Positions 25,532 through 32,000 of a stretch of 32,000 nt of DNA are shown piece by piece. The stretch spans positions 30,001 to 62,000 of the forward strand of contig NC_009927.1 in the NCBI RefSeq assembly GCF_000018105.1, written 5' to 3'. Under the pieces are notes generated by a model. The model was not told where the DNA came from. It ran no database searches and was given only the letters and a program-made list of their open reading frames with translations. Position 1 is the first letter of the stretch; every line of letters starts with the position of its first letter. The stretch is from Acaryochloris marina MBIC11017 (GTDB lineage Bacteria > Cyanobacteriota > Cyanobacteriia > Thermosynechococcales > Thermosynechococcaceae). The translations under genes and the position numbers were made by a program.

Positions 25532-26002
25532 ATGGATCCAAATAACCTAGCCGTTTGGAAAAACGTGGAGGCTCGTCTGGGGACTCCTTTCAGAAAAAAT
25601 ATGGTGGATCTCGTGTTGGAAATGGCCCGAGATCGCACCACCGATCCGCATCAGATCGCAACTTGGATGGTGACGACCTCTACCTACATCTGCTCTGCCA
25701 TTTTTGGGACTAACGATCCCATGCCTTTGCTCTTTCTATACGTCCGGGCACTAGATACCCAATACCCAGACACCATGCAGGAAATTTATGAAATATTTTC
25801 TAATGAAGGTCTAGAGAAATATGCTCCCTCATCTCTTAAACGTGGCGACTTAACAAGTATCCTCTGGGCTGCTGGTTCGACCTTTGCCAACGGTGAATTA
25901 AAACTGATAGACGACGAGATCCATATCAACCCAAAAGGTTTACAGCGACTGAGGTCAATTTGGCAAGCACCTTCTAGACAGACCAACAATCGTCAAAGCT
26001 AA
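25532..26002 (+). CDS. Hypothetical protein (156 aa), no recognisable motif
   Basis: A long ORF in a co-directional array with non-biased composition. Confidence 0.6.
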   Translation: MDPNNLAVWKNVEARLGTPFRKNMVDLVLEMARDRTTDPHQIATWMVTTSTYICSAIFGTNDPMPLLFLYVRALDTQYPDTMQEIYEIFSNEGLEKYAPSSLKRGDLTSILWAAGSTFANGELKLIDDEIHINPKGLQRLRSIWQAPSRQTNNRQS

Positions 26003-26110
26003 TCGTTATTGATGCAGACTCAGATACTTACTCACGGAGGCTGTTCCAAACTTGAAGGTGTGATGCAGAATCTGATAGGTTGCCCCTAATCCTCTGAGTA
26101 GAATTTAATT

Positions 26111-26539
26111 ATGTCTCAGCAATCTGAGTCCCCACAATGGCAACCCATTAGGGTGATGCACGAGTGTATTCCGATGGTCGATGGCATGTTGGAGGAGGTG
26201 CAAAGCCAGCACAGCAATATGCTGGAAGCCCAGAAGAAACCCCATACGATGGATGATGCCACCATTCAACGGGTGATTGACGTGTATTCTGAGCAGCATG
26301 AATTCTTGTGGGTCTATCGGGAGCAGTTCTCTCGTTGGAAACAGGAAAGCCCCTCACCACAACAGTTGAAGGATATCATCAGGCTTGAACAACAGGTGGA
26401 AAAGATTGCCCAAGCGCTCACGGGCATTCTGAACATTGTCGACGACATCAAGGACAAAACCATCGAGAGCATTCTGGGTAAAAGCGACATGGAACTAGCA
26501 ATGGACGTGCTGATGGGCAACCTGAAGATGCCCGAGTAG
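26111..26539 (+). CDS. Hypothetical helical protein (142 aa)
   Basis: A long ORF with charged, heptad-like sequence. The overlapping minus-strand ORFs look like shadows. Confidence 0.6.
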   Translation: MSQQSESPQWQPIRVMHECIPMVDGMLEEVQSQHSNMLEAQKKPHTMDDATIQRVIDVYSEQHEFLWVYREQFSRWKQESPSPQQLKDIIRLEQQVEKIAQALTGILNIVDDIKDKTIESILGKSDMELAMDVLMGNLKMPE

Positions 26540-26585
26540 GGTTGCTAGCATGAGTTTAGATGATTGAACTGGGGAGATATTCCAA

Positions 26586-26828
26586 ATGCCCAGCACTCAA
26601 GAGCCCGTCAGAGGTATTCCTCTGAAAGAAAAACCAGAAGGCATATCTCGGTGTGGGATGTCTCATGCAACGATTGCCCAGAATATTTTTACGAGTCGTT
26701 GGTATGAGATATCTGCGAACGGGCAAGTCATTGGTTCGGCTTTGGATTTGGACTTTTACAAACAGGATGCTACTCAAGGGCAAAATTCTGGGTCTACAGT
26801 CAAAACTAAGGAATTATCGAAGGTTTAA
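26586..26828 (+). CDS. Hypothetical protein (80 aa)
   Basis: It is one of three overlapping ORFs here, chosen only for co-orientation with its neighbours. Confidence 0.35.
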   Translation: MPSTQEPVRGIPLKEKPEGISRCGMSHATIAQNIFTSRWYEISANGQVIGSALDLDFYKQDATQGQNSGSTVKTKELSKV

Positions 26829-27002
26829 GGCTGAGTTACTAACACAATCGCTCATCCTATTTCAGTTGAAGCTTCTTATGTAAAAATTCGATATCCCATA
26901 TCACCCTGACTGATAGGGTCGGTTATCCGCTAACCACAAACCAAAAACTCTATGCAATCATTTAGTGGTTCAAGTGATACTGTCAGAGAGATTTTTTAAC
27001 CC

Positions 27003-27380
27003 ATGCCGAGAAAGAAAAAGCAAACTAAACCCTTAACAGGAAAAGACTTAGTAGCCAAAGTAAAGCAATTGAGTGATTACACTCGTGAAGAAAAAGCGAA
27101 AGCTTGCGGATACATTTCTGCTGATAAAGATGGCTCTGAACGAATTAAAACTATCGCGTTTCTCAATGCTCTATTGGATGCGGAAGGCATCGATTTAGAT
27201 AGCCAATCTCCTAACGGAAACGGCAATAGTGGGCGCAAAGCAAGTTATAAAGTCAGCGTTCAATCCAATGGCAATATTTTGGTTGGCCGTACATATACCC
27301 AAGCACTAGAACTCGAGCCTGGGGATGAATTTGAAATTGCTGTCGGTCGCAAACATATTCATTTGACCAAGGTTGCCTAG
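27003..27380 (+). CDS. Cyanobacterial AbrB-like (cyAbrB) transcriptional regulator
   Basis: The N-terminus MPRKKKQTKPLTGKDLVAKVKQLSD...KACGYIS and the C-terminal AbrB/SpoVT-like segment SYKVSVQSNGNILVGRTYTQALELEPGDEFEIAVGRKHIHL match the family. Confidence 0.85.
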   Translation: MPRKKKQTKPLTGKDLVAKVKQLSDYTREEKAKACGYISADKDGSERIKTIAFLNALLDAEGIDLDSQSPNGNGNSGRKASYKVSVQSNGNILVGRTYTQALELEPGDEFEIAVGRKHIHLTKVA

Positions 27381-27582
27381 AAGTCTTAATTGTTTATCCA
27401 AACTCCTCTGTTAATTTTTTACGGGGGAGTTCAACACTCTGATGAGTAATGAATGATATACCTGGGAAACCTGGAGTGTTCTCCACCACCTCTTTCCTGA
27501 TTCAATCAAAATCTTAATCCTCAAGAAAACCTCACATAGAAAGCCTAAAATCCAGTGCTGACCCACTCTTTAAGGTATAGCC

Positions 27583-27858
27583 ATGAACAAAGGCGAATTA
27601 GTTGATTCTATTGCTGAGAAATCTGGAGCGACTAAGAAACAGGCTGATGCTATTCTCTCAGCCGTTACCGAAACGATTATCGATAGTGTTAGCTCGGGCG
27701 AGAAAGTCACTCTCGTAGGCTTTGGCAGCTTTGAGGCAAGAGACCGAAAGGCCAGAAATGGACGCAATCCACAGACAGGGAAAAAGCTCACAATCCCAGC
27801 AACAAAAGCACCTGTATTTAGTGCTGGCAAGGTCTTCAAGGAGCAGGTGAAAGACTGA
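27583..27858 (+). CDS. hup: HU-family nucleoid-associated DNA-binding protein
   Basis: MNKGELVDSIAEKSGATKKQADAILSAVTETI...VTLVGFGSFEARDRKARNGRNPQTGKKLTIPATKAPVFSAGK is the canonical HU sequence. Confidence 0.95.
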   Translation: MNKGELVDSIAEKSGATKKQADAILSAVTETIIDSVSSGEKVTLVGFGSFEARDRKARNGRNPQTGKKLTIPATKAPVFSAGKVFKEQVKD

Positions 27859-27902
27859 TAGACTGGGAATATCGCTAAAGTTTTAACCTCATTCCGACAT
27901 CC

Positions 27903-27942
27903 AAGCTGGTGGATATTTCTATGATTCTGCCAGCTTCTTTTT
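27903..27942 (+). terminator. Intrinsic terminator AAGCTGG-N20-CCAGCTT followed by CTTTTT
   Basis: A 7-bp stem and T-run, 45 nt after the HU stop. Confidence 0.6.
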
Positions 27943-28033
27943 GCATATCTTGACCTTAAGAAACATCAATTATCCTTCCCATAACGGGCCATTCGAGGTA
28001 ATTCTCTACCAGTGACGTTTGCGAGGTGATGTG

Positions 28034-28840
28034 ATGGCTACGAACTATGACAGTCTTCATTACTACCTCCAAGAGATGGGCCGTTACCCACTCCTATCCC
28101 ATGAAGAAGAAATCGAGCTTGCCAGACAAGCTAAAGCGGGAAGCCTCCGAGCTAAGCAAAGGATGATTGAGTGCAATCTGCGTTTAGTTGTCTCTATTGC
28201 CAAGAAACACCAGAACAGAGGACTACCACTCCTAGACCTGATTCAAGAAGGCAGCATTGGGTTGAGCACCGCAGTAGACAAATTCGAAATAGCCCAAGGT
28301 TGTCGTTTCAGCACCTATGCCTACTGGTGGATTCGACAAGGAATTACGGCTGCCCTCCGAGCAAAGTCACGTCCTATTTACCTTCCTCAGTATCAATGGG
28401 AGATGATCAACAAGATCAAGAAGCACTACCGAGAACTCAATCAAAAGCTCGGTAGAGAACCATCCTTATCCGAATTATCCGAATCCACCGAAATCAAACC
28501 GAAGACCATTAATCTGACCCTGCAATTATTCCAAAAGATATCATCCCTGGATCAGCCCGTTGGACCTGAACAAAAAGATTCTCTCCTCGATCTATTGCCA
28601 GGAGATAATCAACCCACGCTTTATATGGAATCCCTACAACGTGACGAGCAACTGTTTCATGTAATGGCTCATCTGGATGAACGGGAGCGCTTAGTACTCA
28701 GTCAGAGGTATGGGCTGGAGGATGATCAGCCCAAATCGATGAGGGAAATCGGTGAACAGATTGGATTGAGCCATGAAGGGATTCGACTGATTCTCAAGAA
28801 AATTATGAAGAAGCTAGAGAGATACGCTGAGTCTGCTTAG
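28034..28840 (+). CDS. Sigma-70-family RNA polymerase sigma factor, compact, starting at region 1.2
   Basis: YLQEMGRYPLLSHEEEIELA (regions 1.2/2.1), NLRLVVSIAKK, DLIQEGSIGL, RFSTYAYWWIRQGI (2.3/2.4), and the region 4.2 HTH MREIGEQIGLSHEGIRLILKK. Confidence 0.92.
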   Translation: MATNYDSLHYYLQEMGRYPLLSHEEEIELARQAKAGSLRAKQRMIECNLRLVVSIAKKHQNRGLPLLDLIQEGSIGLSTAVDKFEIAQGCRFSTYAYWWIRQGITAALRAKSRPIYLPQYQWEMINKIKKHYRELNQKLGREPSLSELSESTEIKPKTINLTLQLFQKISSLDQPVGPEQKDSLLDLLPGDNQPTLYMESLQRDEQLFHVMAHLDERERLVLSQRYGLEDDQPKSMREIGEQIGLSHEGIRLILKKIMKKLERYAESA

Positions 28841-29241
28841 AGCAGTAATCATGGGTATCCAATATTGATCAAGAGGCAGCGCAAATTCAAACCAATGCGG
28901 AGAGAATATTAATGATTGGTAGACTGAGATACTAGATGACTATTTCGTTCAAATACCTCACTCTTTGATCACATACAAAGACACTGGTCTGCACCTTAAA
29001 GGAGCTGCCAATGTTTTTATAGATAACGACCCTCGACAGGTCCAGAACGCCCCTACAACACAGCATCTCCTTGGGGTATACAGGTAAGAAGTTTTAGATC
29101 ATAGATACAGGAAGGCTCTGACAAAACCTCATTCAAATCAGTTCACTTAATTCTGGGGAAACCCTGGAGGCTGATTGCATTCTTGATGGTTTAAGGGTAT
29201 TTCAGTTGGACTGAGAGTACTCCCTCGCTTTCAGTATCGGT

Positions 29242-29261
29242 AATTCTTTATACAAAGAATT
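29242..29261. promoter_or_regulatory. Palindrome AATTCTTT-ATAC-AAAGAATT upstream of the STAS gene
   Basis: The 8-bp arms are exact, about 90 bp upstream of the ATG at 29351. A T7 run follows at 29283-29289. Confidence 0.3.
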
Positions 29262-29350
29262 GTGTTCTGGTTTGTAAGCCATTTTTTTATCCAGTGCCTT
29301 CACCCCTGCCTGGCTCACCCTCCAAAAGGACTGATTTAGGAGTTCTATCA

Positions 29351-29674
29351 ATGAGCTACAAAATTATCCAACCTACTGAGTTCATGGATGATAGCAGTGC
29401 CAACCAGATACGCTATGAAATTAGCAAGGCAATGGCTAATGGTGTGAAGACGATTCTTGTGGATCTGCAAGAAGTCGCCTTCATCAATAGTTCCGCAATA
29501 GGTGCTTTAGTGGCAACCCATAAAGTAGTGTACGAAAAAGGGGGCACCCTTTCTTTATGTTCACTGAACGAGCAGGTTAAAATCTTCTTTGCTTTAACCA
29601 AAATGGACCATATTTTCGATATTTTTATAGACCGTCATGAGTTTATGCAGAAAAATGGTAGCGCCACCAACTAG
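29351..29674 (+). CDS. STAS-domain protein (anti-sigma-factor antagonist, SpoIIAA/RsbV-like)
   Basis: About 107 aa with ILVDLQEVAFINSSAIGALV, where a serine sits at the expected phosphorylation position, followed by LSLCSLNEQVKIFFALTKMDHIFDIF. Confidence 0.8.
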   Translation: MSYKIIQPTEFMDDSSANQIRYEISKAMANGVKTILVDLQEVAFINSSAIGALVATHKVVYEKGGTLSLCSLNEQVKIFFALTKMDHIFDIFIDRHEFMQKNGSATN

Positions 29675-29689
29675 CCATATCCAGGCGAG

Positions 29690-29776
29690 ATGACTCCCAC
29701 CGAAGCCTTCTACAACGGCCCCCATCCTGACTGCCTAACAGAAGTATCTCAAAGCCTTTATTTTCATGGTTTCTAA
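29690..29776 (+). pseudogene. Frameshifted relic paralogous to the start of 31624..31830
   Basis: ATGACTCCCACCGAAGCCTTCTACAACGGCCCCCATC here compares with ATGAAACCCACCCAAGCCTTCTACAACGGCACCCCCATC at 31624. A 2-nt indel after AACGGC changes the frame. Confidence 0.35.
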
Positions 29777-30009
29777 GAAAAGAGTGGGTTGACATGTGAG
29801 GCTAGACTTAACCACAAATCAGCGTTACTCAAATGTCAGGCTCCACCCAAATTTATCGTCAACTGCTTATTTCAAAATCTATAGCGATACCCACGGACAT
29901 CTTCAGGGTGATCTGTGTCTATCTCGGGTCACATTCACCATTCAGCAATGCCTCAAACGCCTGCTAGCAGGACGATATAGTGGCGAAGAATTTTCCGCAT
30001 ATCTCGACT

Positions 30010-30360
30010 CTAACAATGCCATATCGTCTTTTTTGCCAGTGCTTGGAAATCTGACGTTTCATCTGGGAGTTCTAATTCCTTGAGGGGCTGACCCAACTCA
30101 TAGAGTGAGTTTCTAGTTTTAACATAAACATGGCCTGCACCGCCGAAGTACCGCTGAATTGTGGAGGTCGTCATACTGACACCAAGGGGATGTTGAGGAT
30201 GGCCATATAGTTTCCCTCTGATCACCGCTATGCCATCTTTTTCTACATCAATCCAAGACTCAATAATAGGGATATTCTGAGTATCTTCTTGTGGGGTTTG
30301 GCCAGACTTATAAGAGGCGTTCTCCACAAAAAAGCCAGTGATATCTTCAATCGTCAACAT
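30010..30360 (-). CDS. Hypothetical protein (about 116 aa)
   Basis: ATG at 30360 (MLTIEDITGFFVEN...). The upstream TTG extension is unlikely. It is preceded by a very AT-rich promoter-like region. Confidence 0.55.
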   Translation of the reverse strand: MLTIEDITGFFVENASYKSGQTPQEDTQNIPIIESWIDVEKDGIAVIRGKLYGHPQHPLGVSMTTSTIQRYFGGAGHVYVKTRNSLYELGQPLKELELPDETSDFQALAKKTIWHC

Positions 30361-30501
30361 GGAAATTTGGGGTTGCAAAAATATACAAAATAGAAAATAA
30401 GCAATTTAGATAAATTATTACTATATATATAATTTAATTAAAATCTAGTCATATTAACTCAGGAATATTACTGAGTTTCAGGATGTCTCGGCAATTTATA
30501 A

Positions 30502-31107
30502 TCACAGCAAATGTATTCCGTTAAAGGAGTAACATGCTCTCCTAAACGAGAGAGCTGCATTATGGTCAGCAATGTGAATGGCTAGAGCCTCAATCAGTTC
30601 TTGATGACTCATTTCAGATGATTGATTTAATGTCTGTTTAATCATGAAATCAGCCATTGGACCAATATGAATAGCCAGTTCTTGTTTGCACTGACTGATA
30701 AACTCCTCATCATCATTGGCTAGTTCCAAGGCTTGCTGAGTTGCCATTTCAGGAGGTGTAGACGGCACTCTCTTTTGAGGTGGCTTTTGAGTAGCTGGAG
30801 TCACCTTAAGTGATTCAAGCGAAGTTGATAATTTTTCCTCGGACTTCGAAGAATGCAGAGATTGAGCCTGAGTAGGGAGTGCAGCCTGACGACATCGCCA
30901 AGTCATCAAGTAAGTAGGGAACTCAACTAATATATACTTCACCCCTTTAGTACAAGCTTCCTCACAAAACTCTATGGCTGTCTGACGCCACGATTTATGA
31001 AAAGACGGACCTGGCACAAAACTTTCCCCCTGGATTTCCAAGGAAGATGACCGATCATGCAAGAATCCTCGTGCTTCTAATTCTTCAGATATAAAGATGG
31101 ACGCCAC
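30502..31107 (-). CDS. Hypothetical protein (201 aa) with a P/S/T/Q-rich linker between two folded-looking parts
   Basis: GTG start with AAGGA 6 nt upstream. The C-terminal segment ELAIHIGPMADFMIKQTL...ELIEALAIHIADHNAALSF resembles a helical module seen at the ends of some cyanobacterial signalling proteins. This is recollection with no family name. Confidence 0.6.
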   Translation of the reverse strand: MASIFISEELEARGFLHDRSSSLEIQGESFVPGPSFHKSWRQTAIEFCEEACTKGVKYILVEFPTYLMTWRCRQAALPTQAQSLHSSKSEEKLSTSLESLKVTPATQKPPQKRVPSTPPEMATQQALELANDDEEFISQCKQELAIHIGPMADFMIKQTLNQSSEMSHQELIEALAIHIADHNAALSFRRACYSFNGIHLL

Positions 31108-31438
31108 TTTTTCCTTAAGTCATTTGTATCTCGCGATAAAAAGCTAGGTCTTAAGTTCATCTGAACTGACTGTGGATGAACTCGCCTTGATAAGCCACTA
31201 CTCTCAGGTTGCCCTAAAGGCTGATTGCAGCCATCAAAAATAGGTATGGGTTGATCAACTCTTCTATACAGATCACCAAAAGAGGATCAGACCTACAATT
31301 TGTGCGATCGGTCTTTAAATTGACAATGCCAAAGAAACCCTCCAATAAAATCTGTCAGGCACACCCAAAACAACGGGGAAAGACATGAAAATCATTAAAA
31401 AAGGGAATAATAAGCTCTAGGCACATCAGTAGCTTGAC

Positions 31439-31618
31439 ATGACAAATTTCACACTTCAAACATCAGATCTATCACCAGAAATTGCTGCGTTGAAGATGCA
31501 GTTAGCAATTAGTCTGCAATTTCATCACAGGAAAACAATAGAGCGTTTGCCACTAGAAGCAGCCATGCAAGTGATGGCTGAAGTTTGGGATGCTTGCGAC
31601 CATCAACGAAGTAGCTAA
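31439..31618 (+). CDS. Possible small protein (59 aa)
   Basis: MTNFTLQTSDLSPEIAALKMQLAISLQFHH... It ends 5 nt before the next ATG. Confidence 0.3.
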   Translation: MTNFTLQTSDLSPEIAALKMQLAISLQFHHRKTIERLPLEAAMQVMAEVWDACDHQRSS

Positions 31619-31623
31619 ATCCA

Positions 31624-31830
31624 ATGAAACCCACCCAAGCCTTCTACAACGGCACCCCCATCGCCCCACCCTCAAACCATCCGACGATAGAACAGAATAT
31701 GGAGCTACTGGACTGGCATCCGATTTTCACGGGACGGTGCCCCAACTGTGAGAGGCCGATCCGGAAGACTACGCCACCGAGGAGTCACTGGGACTGTGGG
31801 AGTTGTGGGTGGAGGGATGATTCAGATTAA
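31624..31830 (+). CDS. Small zinc-ribbon protein (68 aa)
   Basis: CPNC-x16-CGSC motif. A degraded paralog of its 5' end lies at 29690. Confidence 0.5.
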   Translation: MKPTQAFYNGTPIAPPSNHPTIEQNMELLDWHPIFTGRCPNCERPIRKTTPPRSHWDCGSCGWRDDSD

Positions 31831-32000
31831 CGATACAACTAACCTGATTCCTATTTTTTCGTGAGAACTAATCGATATACTTGATGTACTCCAGCCAGCA
31901 TGAGATGACTCAATGCAGCCTGACAGTTATCCTCTAATTGCGCTCAAGATACTACTCTGCATTGGTCTCTGTACTGCCTGTACTAGAACGAACTCAGAAG

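Noticed and set aside
26105-26883. Minus-strand ORFs 26105..26299, 26148..26360, 26314..26520 and 26556..26783, and plus ORF 26653..26883
   Set aside because: They overlap longer co-directional plus-strand ORFs and have skewed composition (His/Leu/Arg- or Ser-rich), which is typical of shadows.
28841-29350. Possible pseudogene of an RsbW/SpoIIAB-type anti-sigma kinase between the sigma and STAS genes
   Set aside because: Translating all frames by eye shows frequent stops and no N-box or G1/G2-box remnants. I kept it only as a question in the findings.
29796-30083. 95-aa plus-strand ORF
   Set aside because: It has a non-ATG start and overlaps the 3' end of the more convincing minus-strand gene 30010..30360. 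It shows no motifs.
1-32000. Search for CRISPR arrays, tRNA or rRNA genes, integrase or recombinase genes and att-like direct repeats bounding the 20300-32000 block
   Set aside because: No regularly spaced repeats, no tRNA-like T-arm or acceptor pattern and no tyrosine or serine recombinase motifs were seen. The right boundary of the block lies outside the window, so island status cannot be established here.

Overview
The window looks cyanobacterial. It has three perfect HIP1 palindromes (GCGATCGC at 7273, 7450 and 20697), a cyanobacterial-type AbrB gene, and IS630, IS701 and ISL3 elements. The heavy IS load and extra regulator genes suggest a plasmid or accessory region, but that is inference. 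Positions 1-20300 are an IS-ridden block of housekeeping and accessory genes. The block contains a decaying ABC-2 transporter operon. Its first permease is split by a three-level nested IS insertion that can be unwound exactly, and its second permease is frameshifted in a T6 run. The block also holds an alpha/beta hydrolase, GNATs, an SMI1/KNR4 gene plus a relic paralog, a divergent acyl-CoA dehydrogenase/HxlR pair, and an intact ISL3 that rewrote the last codons of a tandem-GNAT gene. Further along are a secreted TIM-barrel-like protein, a VOC/DUF1579/VOC trio, a degraded IS relic, a pentameric ligand-gated ion channel (pLGIC)-like membrane protein, and a possible IS200/IS605 relic. Positions 20300-32000 differ in character. 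They hold mostly small ORFans in three transcription blocks. Recognisable genes are a DUF488-like/zinc-ribbon protein in a translationally coupled operon, a DUF1016 PD-(D/E)XK nuclease behind a small HTH protein, and a cyAbrB / HU / sigma-70 / STAS regulator run. A 700-bp gene-free stretch there carries iteron-like repeats. No rRNA, tRNA or CRISPR array was seen. The best candidates for an undescribed system are the operon at 20302-21910 with its repeat-rich control region, the ORFan block at 25380-26828, and the regulator module at 27003-29674. All functional calls come from motif recognition by eye. No database search was run.
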